The position numbers and the translations under genes were made by a program. Shown piece by piece: positions 1 through 15,730 of a stretch of 64,000 nucleotides of DNA (positions are counted from its first letter, which is position 1; each line of letters begins with the position of its first letter). The notes under the pieces are model-generated. The model had not been told where the DNA came from and ran no database searches. It saw nothing but the letters and a program-made list of their open reading frames with translations. This stretch comes from the human T2T-CHM13v2.0 reference genome, Homo sapiens. Location: assembly GCF_009914755.1 (NCBI RefSeq), contig NC_060931.1. One strand, given 5' to 3'.

Positions 1-620
1 GCCAGTGGAAGCCTCTTCAAATTGGTTTCTATGTTCTTTTGATGTGTTTGGGCACTTCCTTGCTTTCCGGCACAGCAAGATATTTCAAGATCATCTATAC
101 TTTTCCTGCCCCAGTCCTAGGATAAACCATTTTTCAAGAAGCCCTGGTTACTTTTCCTGGAGAATAATATGTGGAAGTTAGAACCTGTGCTCTGGTCATG
201 CTCAGTGCTATCAGGTGGCACTGCTACCAGGTCCTCTCAATGGACAAAGCAAGGGGTGTTAAGTTTGAATACACACATCCCTCCCCACACACACTCATAC
301 ATATATACACATTTACATCTATATTTATTTCTGAACCTCCAGTTCTAATCCATACAGGTGTTTAAACTGATGCCTTCATTCTAATCCAACACTACATGGT
401 TCATTCTAGTTTTTTTTTTCCTTTCATTTTTGCTACTCCCTTCTCAGCCAGTGAGAAAACTGGCTTACTATTCAATTGCAGTAGGTAACCAGTCATGTAT
501 CATTACGCTGTCTCCTTCACACATGGGCTCTGCGCTCCAGGCCAGCCCATGTAGAAGCCTATCTTCCTTGGTCCTACCTAGTGGCTTTAGTCTAAATTGT
601 TCAAGAGAAAGGAGTAGATG
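1..620 (-). mobile_element. Old L1M (L1MC/MD-type) 3'UTR fragment
   Basis: Resembles the L1MC 3' end reverse complement (gggcacttccttgctttccggcacagcaagat...aggtcctctcaatggacaaagc). Confidence 0.55.
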
Positions 621-1429
621 AAATTATGTTCTTAACATATGTTTGTATTGCTTTTGGATTCTCAGTATGTCATCATTACAAATCCTCAGAGGGTGTTTCT
701 GTGTGACTGGGGGAGGCAGACTAATATAAAGTGCTCAATAAATCTATTTGATCATGAATCTTGTCTTGCATGGATTGGATTTTCATTTTAAGAAATCATG
801 ACTTTGTGAATATTAAGAGCATGACTTCTCCTTTGACCTTTACTCCATCATTTTGGTCTCAGATGGCTGGAGATAGCATATTCTTTTGTGAGCTGAGGAA
901 GTCTTGACTGCTTGTGGCCTCCTGATCCTCAAAGAATAAACCATACTGATTTGCAATACTTGAGTTTCGCAATATTTGAGTTTTTCTTCAAGAAACAGAT
1001 TTTCTTGGAAGCACACAAAGTTTGATTTAAGGGACTTAATTCAGTGTGTCTATAGACCCTGGATTTCAGACAATTAATGCTGAGATGGGGAGGGAGAAGC
1101 AGGCACTGGGGAAAAAAGATCCAAAGAAGATAAGCCCAGGAGAGTAAGGAGGCTGATGGAATGTAAGACAAATTTACGAATGGAAGCCAGAGGTGGTCAC
1201 TATACTGCTTTGAAAACATCTTTACTTTCTCCAATAACCTTGAGCTGTTTCTTCCTGATTCTGACCTTGAGGATGGTGGTCAGGGGCAAAGTGCCCAAAG
1301 ATCTGAAAATATTCCACCAATTAGTGGTTTGTTTTTCCTGGAATAAATATGATAGTCTTAGATTTCACCAATTCCAGTAAAAAATTTCTATTTTCCCCCT
1401 TAACATTTTCTTTTATTTTACCCATCTTT

Positions 1430-2430
1430 AAATAAAAAAAAAAACTTCTCTTGATCTTACCAGCTGAAATCTCATTCTCCTCTTCTATTTAAAGCAAATC
1501 TCATGCTAACTACAATTTTTGTACTCCCATGCTCTCTTGAACACCCTCCAATCACTTTTGTCACCATTCTATTGAAAATACTCTGGTCAAAAGCAAGAAG
1601 CTCTACATTACTAATCAACCAATCTTTGATCAGTCCTCATCTTATTGTAGATTAATTCCCCAATCTTGATGCACTGTCTTCACTTGGCTTTCAACATGCT
1701 AGTCTTCTGGTTTTCCTTCTCCCACCTTATTTCCTCTCCTCAAGCCTTTTTGCTCTTTCTGCTCTTCTCTGGACTGCTAATAGTGGACTCTCCCAGGGCT
1801 CAGGCTCTCATCTCTTTATGTTCCTACCTATACCCTAATTTTGATATATACTGAATCTGACCATACCTCTACTGTTATTCTGGCCCAAACTTTTATTATG
1901 TCTCGGCTGGATGTTTATGATAGCCTCCTAACAGTTGTCCCCACTTCGGACCTTGCTCCCTTTAGTCTGTTCTCCACATAGAAACCCCAGGGGTTCTCTT
2001 GAAAATACGTCATGCCACTTCTTGGCTCAGGATCTGCTCCCCAGCCTTTTCCCTACCTTATCTCTGTCACCAGCTCACTCATTGTGGACCTGGCCTCAGC
2101 ACGCTGACCCCATTGGCACTTGAATCTGTCATTCCCTCTGCCTAGAAAGACTTTTTCCTAAGAAGCTGCATGACTTACTCCCAAATTGAACTGTTTCTCT
2201 GCTCAACATTCTCAGTGCCCCCTCACTGCTTTATATTAGTATATCCAAGGCACTTATGACTATCTGGCAGAGTGTTTAACGTTAAAGTTTGTTCCTTCAT
2301 CTCCCCCACCTTCCCTCATGCACAATAAGGCTCCGTAAGGCCAGGGGTTTTGTATGGTTGTTGCTGTGTCTCTAACTCCTCAGAACACTTTACATTCTTT
2401 TCAACATACTATGTGGGACCTAAACGAATA
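1430..2430 (+). mobile_element. L2 fragments
   Basis: Pyrimidine-rich L2-like motifs (cttcacttggctttcaacatg...tcttctggttttccttc; ttccctctgcctagaa; aataaggctccgtaagggcagggg). Confidence 0.6.
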
Positions 2431-4253
2431 CTTGTCCCATATGAAAAGAGCTGTGTTCTGATGTCGGAGAAGGCGATTCCCAAGCTCCATTTTCTAACTG
2501 CTAAGAGCAGGGCCTGACTAATTTTTATTTTTTTTTGAATCAGTGAATGAGGGAAATGAATAACTGATAATATACATTCATTGTAGAAGGATACCTAAAT
2601 AATAGATATGTATTTTCTTTCCTTTTTTCCTTATAATTAAATTTCTTAGACAATAAAATGATAGATTTATGTAATGGTTTCATGGTTTTTCATTTATATG
2701 TTACGTTATACCTCTTTTCTGTTAAGAATGATTTTTGACATCGAATTACACTGCAGTGTTTTGAAAAGTTTTCCAGTAGGGTTGAAGTGGAGGGCACACC
2801 ACCACCTCCAGAGAGTGGATGCCCCAAACTCCTTTCGCCCATGAGCCACTCCCCCACTGCCCTCTCATCAAACACTGTCTTCAGTGTCTCTCTTGTGCCT
2901 CAATTTCAATTTTGGGGAATTTCACCCAATGTGGGCATTTGAGATTTATTTCTAAAGCACCCACAGTTTCTCAGAAGCAGTGCCTTTTTGAGTCGGGAGG
3001 CCATCTGAAGAGGAATCAGATCCTTAGCAGGGTGCCTAAGTTACCCTCAGTCCCCCCAAAGAAAGGAGAAACTCTTGGGATGATGGCTCCCCTAAAGAAG
3101 GCAACTTCTCCTGGAGGAAAAGGATATACATGCCTTGGATGACTCCTGCCCGCTCACAGAAGGCTGCTTTTGTTGTGGCTTAAAGTTAGATCTTCTGGTA
3201 GAGTTCTAGAATGTGGGCCCTGCCGATGAGTGACAGCCAAAAGCTCACCTTGGAAGAGGCACCAGAGTCACAGCCCCAGCTCTCTCAGGGAAGACGCTGC
3301 TCCAGAGCATCTCAGAAGCCACCAGGGAAGACAGTGGCAGATGGGAAGCCGGTGGTGCAGGGCCAAGGGCACAGCTCTGCCTGACGCAGCATTGTCAGCA
3401 ATAGGTAACATATAACTTATGAGGAGTATCTGAGTACCAGCAGGCACTCTTGGGAGTGAAGGATGGGGGAAGAGAATCTGCCCCAGACTTCATATCCATT
3501 GGAAATGCCACATCAGGTGCTGTATCTTGGCATGGATTGTGTTTCCTGTAGGTGTGGGAGTTCTTCTTCTCACAGTCAAGCCCTCCACCTGTCCCTTGTC
3601 ACACACCCTGTCCTTTTGAATAGAAATTCTCATCCTAGCCCAGCTTCAGGCACGGCCTGGCTTACCCTTGGACCCCAGAGATCTCACCCTTCTGAGGTCT
3701 CAACTCTCCTTAAGGAGTTAGGAAATGAAGCTTGGGAATCCACTTCTCGGACATCAGAACACAGTTCCTTTTGCACAGGACAAGTATTTATTTAGGTTCC
3801 ACTTAGTATATTGAAAAGAATTTGAAGTGTTTTGGTGGTTTGTAGTCCTCTTTCATCATGCTGAATCAAGCCTCAAAAAGGTCAATTTCTGCAGTTGTTA
3901 AAACACAGAGGAATTTTTATAGTGTGTGTGTTTGCATAAGTTTATAAGGAGCTTTGTCACAAGGTCTTCTGTTTTAGAGAAACAAGCCATTTTACTCCTT
4001 TCATAGTTCACTGCAATTTATTTTATACTAATTTTCGTATTTACCTTTATTTCAATTCATGTTTTAGTCAGCTAGAGAAATTATTCAATTTTTTTTTTTT
4101 CAGAGAAGACACTAAGGTTGCATACTTTCAGAGATTTTCAATGTCTAAGCACATCTACTTATTGCCATTTAAATAATGATTTTTTTTGGTGTATACAATT
4201 TGGGTAAAAATAGTCTTTTTGCTTAAATATGTTTATGGCATTTACAGCTCTCA

Positions 4254-4613
<360 letters not shown>

Positions 4614-4711
4614 TCAATAATTTTTTTTCTGCCCATGTTTTTGTAGGTTGTTTCTATTATCCTTGAATTTTATTAACATCTCCAGGTAAGGTGTAGTTTT
4701 AGGGGAACTTT

Positions 4712-5042
<331 letters not shown>

Positions 5043-5334
5043 GGGAACTTTCCTCTAGTATTTCTGGAGGTTTGATACTCTGCTTTTTTGTTGGTTCCTT
5101 ACAGAATCTCTTTCTGCTTATCTGTTCTGGTTCTCTTACATTACATCTGTCTTCCAAATGTCTTCTTTGCTTTAGCCTTTTCATCACTTAATATGTTTTT
5201 TTCCCCTCTGAATTCTACAATAATACCCTCTAAGTCACTGCCTGTGAGGTGGTTTTTGTTGTTGTTGTTGTTTTTGCCATAGTCAATCTGCTTTACAAAG
5301 CCATGACTGCATTTTTAATTTCTAAATTTTTAAA

Positions 5335-5455
5335 ATTTATTTACTTATTTATTTAGAGATGACATCTCACTATGTTGCCCAAGCTGGCCTCAAACTCCTG
5401 GGCTCAAGTGGCCTGCTTACCTCGGCCTCCCAAGTATCTGGGACCACAGGCCCTT
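5335..5455 (-). mobile_element. Alu monomer (FLAM / AluJ left arm)
   Basis: tagagatgacatctcactatgttgcccaagctggcctcaaactcctgggctcaagt. Confidence 0.85.
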
Positions 5456-6454
5456 GCTACTATTTTTTATTTTGATAATGATATTTTTCATCAGAAAGCT
5501 ATCCTTGTGGTCACACATTATTCCTTTTCAATTGTAAACACAGTCTATCCCAAATCCCAGTGAAAATAAAAAATAAGATTTATATTTCAGAGTTTCATTA
5601 AATGTTAGCTGGAAGGGTTTGCGTGAGTTTATATTTCAACATGGTGGGAATTGATCTATTTCTGCTAAATGGCATCATGCTGACCCTGCACTGTCCTTCC
5701 CATCCTTCTTAGAGGACATCCCCTGCTATGTCGTTTTAGAAGCCACTGAGCACCATGGCAACCTGGATATCTCAGTACTAATGATGCTATTTCTTTTTGT
5801 GGTGGTGAAACAAAACTCAGCCTGCACTACTGTCTCATGAGAAATTTTTTATTATCTTTCATCAGATGAAAGAGTATTTGCCTACACATTGCCAATATTC
5901 ATCCAGATATATTTTGGGAAAAAAAGCTCTTCAATTTCTCAAGCACTTTTTTCATCTTTTGAACTGGAATCCAAGTCATGGAGGCCCATCACCTTACAGC
6001 TTCTTAAATGGCAAACATAATTATTCTTTGATTTTGCTTTTCCTCAGGCTGCATTCTTAAGTAATTTAATTTTCCTTTTGTTATATGTGATTGGCAACAA
6101 TGCGCACAATGAGTTTGTATCTAACACAATTTTGAAATAGTGTTTTTTCTTTTTTATGTCTCATAATCATTGCAGGGTGTAACTCAAACTTAGTATACGC
6201 CAGCATGGCAAGTGGCCGCGGCTCAATTCTTCCTCTTGAGAGTCAGATGGCCGGCATGCATTACTAATCTATTATAGTGCGTATTAAACAAATCCAAAGT
6301 TTGTTCAATTTTTTCCATAAAAGCCAAAGTCCTTTTGTAATCACAATATAATATTTGTCTACTCCCTTTTCTGTAATTTAATATATCTTGGATGGCTGAG
6401 CAGTTCTACATGGATGGGAAGAATCACTCCTTCCCCCTGTTGAGAGCGAGAAGG

Positions 6455-6570
6455 CACATGGTGTTTAAGAGTTAGAATGAGTCTGGTTGATCCCGTACTT
6501 AACTACGAAGTTATGCTGTGAGCCTCATATTTTCTCATCTGTTAAAAAAATAAAAATGCTAATAACATGT
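6455..6570 (+). mobile_element. MIR fragment
   Basis: ctgtgagcctcatattttctcatctgttaaaa matches the MIR core. Confidence 0.6.
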
Positions 6571-6849
6571 TCAACCAGCTGAATTTGCCAGTCTGTAACC
6601 TCTGCTTTGGATGTGTTCTTTTTTTCCTGACTACTCCAAATTGTGACAGAAAAACACCTGTCTCTTGACTGTTAAGGCAGTAGCTGCTCAGGTTCACCTA
6701 TACCCAGGCCAAGCTCCGGTATTTGGGGTTCTAGGATTAGTCAAATATTTGGGCCCTGCTCATTCTGAGAGGGAAGGCTCTCATAGAGATTTTGTAATGA
6801 ATTGAGTAGATGTTATCCATAAAGGAGTGGTTTTTATTCATTTCATTAA

Positions 6850-7600
<751 letters not shown>

Positions 7601-7610
7601 GAATATGAGT

Positions 7611-8218
<608 letters not shown>

Positions 8219-9025
8219 AATCAGTGTGATTTTCTCAACCTCTATATTGAGAGACAGACAAGGGAGAAGGGGTACAAATGCCTGCTGGGTCTTTTAGTAA
8301 GGGATCCACCATAGCACTCAGATGTTCTGTCCTTCATCTCTCTATCCCACCTGGATGAATTAGCCCTTCTTTGTTACGTAGTAGAGCAATTCATATGTGT
8401 ACATGTAAAATGATTTGTTTCCCTGTTAAACGTTAACTGATGATGATAAACACAAATATGAGATTTTCCTGCCATGGTTATGATACCTTACATTTATATA
8501 ACAGTTTTATATCTATTATCTCAAATTCTGTTCATAAGAATGTCATAAGTTTCAAATTTTTGGTCTCTCCATATGAGAAGTAGAGAGATGACATTTATTA
8601 TCATACAGCTCATCAATAGCAAATGAGGAAGCTTGATTCTTTGACCTAAGCTTTTTAACCTTTTACGTTGTCTGTAAACCTTATGCCAAATTAAGAAAAC
8701 TAGAAAGTTTTTTTTCCCTGCTTCTAGTAGGGTAAACTTTTAGTATCTTTTCTAATGCAGAGAAATTAATGAAGCTCTACATCTAGTTCAAAATTCCAGT
8801 GTTTTTGTTGGGTAGGGGTGGGGAGGTGGGACAGTTAGTAGTATCTCATAAAATATGAGATGGGAATTTCATTTGATCCAATGATCCCATTCTATAAATT
8901 TTTTTGCTGGGATATAAACACAGAAAGGTAAAAGGTTTTATCTCCAATTCATATTCAGCATCATTAATATTAACAAAACTGTAGAAATAATCTAAACGGA
9001 CATGATTTGGGAACTAGCAAATCAT

Positions 9026-9028
<3 letters not shown>

Positions 9029-9067
<39 letters not shown>

Positions 9068-9114
9068 TATATATATATACACATATATATATATATACAC
9101 ATATATATATATAT

Positions 9115-9147
<33 letters not shown>

Positions 9148-9150
9148 CAC
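9029..9150. repeat. Compound (TA)n(CA)m microsatellite
   Basis: About 120 bp of uninterrupted purine/pyrimidine alternation. Confidence 0.98.
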
Positions 9151-9234
9151 AAGGGAAATGTGAATCTGTTAAAATTATTGTAATTCATTCTCACTTATGA
9201 ATATTGATATAATAAGTGATTAAAAGTTCCTTAA

Positions 9235-10730
9235 TAGCAGACTAAGTCCAACAGCACATTAAAAAAAATACATTGTAATCAAGTGAGATTTATTCCAGGA
9301 ATGCAAAGATGGTTCAATTTTAGAAAATCCATAAATATCTATAAAATAATCATGTGATTATAGCTTTAGTCTGGCAGAAAGGCAGTTGATAACATTCAAC
9401 AAACATTCATAATACAATGGATTCAGTAGGAACTGATGGATGCTTCTTTAACATAGCACAACCTGTGTAGTTCTTAATTTACTTGAAACCACAGCCCTTT
9501 TTCTGCTAAACTCAGGAAGAAGGCAAGGATGCCCATTACCTACATTCTATTTAATATTGTGCTGAATTTACTGACCAGTATAGACAGAGAAGACAAAGTA
9601 ATTAGTGGTAAGGGATTAGAAAAGAAGAAATTGAAAACCATCTCTATCAATGATATGGATATAGTATTCCTGGAAGACACAAAAGACCTGAACATAAAAC
9701 TAATTCAGACAATAAAAGTAAGGTGGCTATATGTAAAATTAACATGAAAAATCAATAGTCTTCATATATACAAACAATAACCTTGCTAGAATGATAGTGT
9801 AAGAGAAAGTGTCATTTAAAACAGCAACAGTGACAACAAAAGATCAACTACTTAGAAACAAATTTAAAGGAAATGTGCAAACCTTGTATAGGAAAAAATT
9901 TAAACACCCCTTTTTTGGAGTGATAGGATGATTCAACATCATAAAGATATCAGTTCTCCTAGATTTAACTGAATTCCAATAAATGCAAAAAAGCAGGATT
10001 TATTTTAGCTAAGTTGATGCTAAATTTCATATGGAAAAATTAAAAAGCCCAAACATAGGAAAACGTTGGAAAAGAAGGACACAAGAGGAGGACTAGTAAA
10101 TTTGACCAAATGTTGAAACACACTAGTAAGTCTCTGTAATTAAAAAGTGTGACATTGATGTGTAAATAGGCAATTCAGTGGAATAAAATAGAGTCTTGAA
10201 ATAGATCCACATACATCTGGAAATTAGGTATGTGATAAGGGTGGCATCTCAAATCACTGGGGAAAAGATGGACTTATTAATCAGTGTTGTTGGAACAACT
10301 GAGAAAAGATAAAAGTGAATCCACATCTCACACCGTACATAAAAATAAACTGCAAACCAAACTAAAGATCTAACAAACAAAATAAAACCACACAGTTATG
10401 ATAGAAAACATGATGCATTCCTTTATAATCTGAGAGTAGGAAGCTTTTTTTAAATATGACAAAACCCAGAAACAATAAAAGGAATTTGCTTTTAAAAATG
10501 AAAAAGCCTTTGCATTGTAGAAAACATTTAAATAAAACCAACAAATGGCAGGGGAAATTTATATCAAGTACAAAACGCTAATTAATTAATGATCTATAGA
10601 AAATAGAGAAGAGAAAAAAATCCTGATGTGCAGAGAAATGAACAGTCAGTTCATGGAAAAATAAAATCAGATGATGCTTAATATATGAACACTCCACCAA
10701 CTATTATGAAAGGAGGTGAATTAAAATTAC
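9235..10730 (+). mobile_element. Old L1M ORF2 (RT region) remnant
   Basis: aatcaagtgagatttattccaggaatgcaaagatggttcaat corresponds to QVGFIPGMQGWFN and tcaggaagaaggcaaggatgccca to SGTRQGCP. Heavily disrupted. Confidence 0.85.
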
Positions 10731-11092
10731 ACTGCTCTTTGAAAGGTTAGTGACTGAGGGGGCACAATGGAGGCTTCTGAGGTGCCTTATCTTTGATCTG
10801 TGCTGGAGATACTCAGATTGTTCACCTAAAAAGTTTCTCAATTTCCACACCTTAAATCTATGCAATCTATTGTACAAGGGGACTTTTGCAAGTTCATAGG
10901 AAAATAGAATTAAAAGATATGAATAAAAAATATAAACATTTCTTGACAGAAGCCCCATCAACTTCAATACAGCTTTGTAAATGATAATAACAGTCATTTA
11001 GTCCATCCTTAACAAAGTGAGGTCCTGGGAATTTAACCATGTCAATGCAGTCTTTTTTACATATTAACTGAAGAAAAATGGGTGCCCTTTAA

Positions 11093-11394
<302 letters not shown>

Positions 11395-11984
11395 TGCCTT
11401 TAAATATTTTTAAAGATTAGGAAACAAAAAGAAGTCAGAGGGAGCCAAATCAGGACTGTCAAGTGGATGATTAATGATTTCCCATCAAAAATCTCATGGA
11501 ATTGTCCTTGTTTGATGAGAGGAATGAGCAGAAACATTGATATGGTGGAGAAGCTCTGGTGAAGCTTCTGTGGACATTTTTCTGCTAAAGCTTTGGCTAA
11601 CTTTCTCAAACACTCTCATAATAAGAAGATGTTATCATTCTTTGGCTTTTCAGAAGGCGAACATGCAAAATGCCTTGAGCATCCAGAGAAACTTACCATG
11701 ACTTCTGTTCTTATCCAGCCTGCTTTTGCTTTAACTGGACCACTTCTACCACTTGGTAGCCATTGCTTTGATTGTGCTTTGTCTTCAGGATTGTAGCGGT
11801 AAAGCCATGTTTCAGCTCATGTTACAATTCGTAAAAGAAATGCTTCAGGATCTTGACCACTTGTGTAAAATTTCCATTGAAGGGTCTGCTCTTCTCTGCA
11901 GCTGATTGGGCCGCCACAATTGTTTCAGTACCCTTGGGAGTGAAAAGTCTGCTCAACTGAAATTTTTCATTCAGAATTGTATAA

Positions 11985-12385
<401 letters not shown>

Positions 12386-12809
12386 CAAGATTTTTTTTTC
12401 TCACAAATTGATGTGGATGAACTGCCACTGTGGGCTTAAATCTTAAATCTTAATCTTAATATTGACTCCTACCTTTTTAAAATGAGTTATTTATTTGTAA
12501 CTGCTGACTTCTTTCAAGCAATGTCACATAGACTTTTTGTAAAACATCAGTGATTTCACCATTCTGCCACTTGAGCCTTATAATAAATTTAATATTTGTT
12601 CTTGCTTTAATTTTAGCAGAATGCATGTTGCTCTGATAGGAGCTCTACCCAAACTGATGTCTTATTCTTCTTGGTGCCTCAAACTAGATCCTGTTTAGGC
12701 ATGTTATAACAAGTTTTGTGAGTTTGTTTTGGTGAAAAAAGTTGGAATCCATGCATAGTTTTTTCATAATACACATTTTCCGTGAACTTTTTAAAGACCC
12801 CTCTTATGG

Positions 12810-15130
12810 ATGTTATACTTACTAAAAATATTCTTAACAAAAACCTAGTAGTCAGATACCATTTCTTATTCCTCAGATTAGCACAAATTTAAGTTTGACA
12901 ACATGCTCTGTTGGCAGGACTATAAAGAAAAAAGGCACTATAATATATTGCTGATAGGCATGCAAAATAGTACAACCCTGTGGAGAGAAATCTGGTAATA
13001 TTTAACAAAACCACAAATGCTTTTACCTTTTGACCTGGTAATTCCACATCTAATAATTTACCCTAAACATACAACTCCAAAACAGCACAACACAAGGTCA
13101 TTATTTTTGTTAATATCAAAGGAATAGAAACAACTCAATGTTTATTGGTAGAAGACTGGCTAAAGAAATAATGATATTTGCACACAGTAAATTTACATGG
13201 CCATGAAAAAATAGGGATAGTCTGTAGGCATTAGTGGAGAATGGAGAAAGCAAGATGCAGAAAGGTCTATATGGCATGCTACTCTTTCTGTAAAGAAGAA
13301 GAGAAAATAATAATTCACATATGTAGTTGCTTATTTTTTGACAGGCATGCAGGAAAAATAAAATGGAAGCAGTTGAAAAGTGTTATCTATAAGGAGCATG
13401 AGGAATAGGGAAGAGGAGATAGGGATGGAAGGGGAACTTGCCTCAACGTACCATTTTCTGTCATTTTGAGTTTTGAAATATGAAAATTTTTACATATTTA
13501 AATAATAAAATCAGAGAGGAAAAGTGTAAAGTCCCTGAATTGGGAACAAACTAAAACAAAGGAACCTAATGATCTATCAATCTGGAAACATAACCACACA
13601 GAGAATAGGCTTATTCTAAGTAAATTTTTGACACAATACTGACTCTCGATACTAGGGAATTATATTCTAAGGATAAGAGGAACTACAATGAAATCTTAAA
13701 CTTCACTTGGCAATTTTGTTATTTATAATAGTTTTGAAGTTATTATTTCAAAATCATAGAATAAAGCAAATAAATGTTTTTGTTAATGTTTTTAGGAAGC
13801 ATGATTTTTATTTTAAGAGGAAAGATATATAAAAGATATACAAAAAATAGGGGGGAAAACCTGTAATGTTAATTTAAATGGAAAATATCTATATGAATTC
13901 GAGTTTTTTTTTTTTAATTGGAAGCTCTGACCACTTGAAAAGCATTCAAAGCAATGACATCTCAATGGCAATGAGCCCATCTAGTGCCCTGATGTCAGTT
14001 TCTAAGTTGTTTCCCCACTAAGGGTAACTAGAGTTTTTTAGAGAAATGCCTGATTTCAGATCTGGGACAGGGAAAGTCCAAGGTTAGCCTGTGCCACCTT
14101 GTGTCGTAGAACATCGGGAAGCACTCAGAGACTAATAGGATTATGTCAGAAGATACATGTACCAACTTGAAGGAGCTCCCTCTGGCCAAACTTGGGTAAA
14201 TTTTAGCATCAAAAGGAATAATGACTTTAATTGTTTGTCATACATTGAATAAATAATAAATCCATGAGTCCAGAGTGGTACTCAATAGACTAAGATAGAT
14301 GGATGTCATTTACTATACCATTGGTACTATGATCCTAACTCCCAGTGAAATAATTGATTCAGGAAATGGATTTGCCTAAAACCATTAGGTGACAGTTATT
14401 GGGTAACAGGACATTTCCAACATCACAAAGTATCACTCATCAATTACTTGCCAATTGCAAAAGGAAACACTTTTATAACAGATATCTGGAGTCACCATAT
14501 AACTTGGTGATCAAAGTTAGCAGCATTAATAGTGGGAAGGTACATCACCTGTCTTCAGATATGATAAAGTCCAAAGTATACAACCTCACCAATGACATGT
14601 TATTTACAAACATCTTGGAACTCAAATCGAAAAGAGCCTTTAGACTTCATATCCATTTCATAAGAATGACAAACGCTCAAATAGCAATTTAAATGCCACC
14701 ATGAGGAAACTGCCAAAGAAATCCACATTGTGGAATATCTGCAAACCTGAACTCTTCAAAGAGTCAATGTCATGTTGGAAAATAAAAAGGTAGGAGTACT
14801 GCTCCAGATTTTTGATAGAGACATAACCAAATATAATGCTTGAACTTTAATTGAACTCTGATTTGAAAAACCAGCTTTAAGATGTATTTGGGGGGCCACT
14901 TGAATATGGAGCAGATATCAGGGAATGAATTTTTATTTCTAAGATACAGTCCTATTGTGACCATGTGGCAGAAGCTCTTGTTTTAAGGAAGTATTTAGAA
15001 AACTAGAAAAAATACAGTAAAATGTAGAGAATTGTTGAGCCTAGGAGGCAGACATAAAAGTGGTCATTATACTAGTTCTCCAACTGTTCTGCATATTTAA
15101 AATATTTTATAATAAAAATTAGAAAAATTA
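12810..15130 (+). mobile_element. L1M ORF2 end plus long L1MC-type 3'UTR fragments
   Basis: gctgataggcatgcaaaatagtacaaccctgtggag; cttttgacctggtaattccac; gcaatgacatctcaatggcaatgagcccatctagtgccc. Confidence 0.7.
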
Positions 15131-15259
15131 GATTTATCTTTTTACTTAAAAGATTATCAAGGGCAAATTGTTGAATTTAAAATGCATAGTTAGAAAACAA
15201 ATAAATGATAGGCACTCATTTGCGTAAAATGAGTATAGTACATATTGAAAAATCAATCC

Positions 15260-15730
15260 AATGTTTGTACACCTATGTTTATAGCAGCATTTTTCACAAT
15301 AGCCAAAAGTTAGGAAACACCTAGGAATCCATCAGTGGATGAATGGATAAATAAAATATGGTGTATACATACAGTGGGATGTTATTCAGCCTTAAAAAGG
15401 AAGGAAATGCCAACACATGCTACAGCGCAGATAAACTTTGAAGATATTATATTGACTGAAAAGAATAAATATTGTGTGATTCCACTTACATGAGCTATGT
15501 AGAGTAGCCAAACTCATAGAATGGTGGTTGCCAGGAGTTGGGGAGAGGGAGGAATGGGTTATTATTGTTTAATGGATATAGAGTTTCAATTTTGCAAGAG
15601 TTCTGGAGACTGATGTACCACAATGTGAATATATTTAACATTACTGAACTGTACACTTAAAAATGGCTAAGATGGTACATTTTTGTCACATGTATCTTGC
15701 CACAATTAAAACATAAAAATTTAGATATAA
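15260..15730 (+). mobile_element. L1MB 3' end
   Basis: atgtttatagcagcattttcacaatagccaaaag...cagccttaaaaaggaaggaaat...actgaactgtacacttaaaaatgg. Confidence 0.88.
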
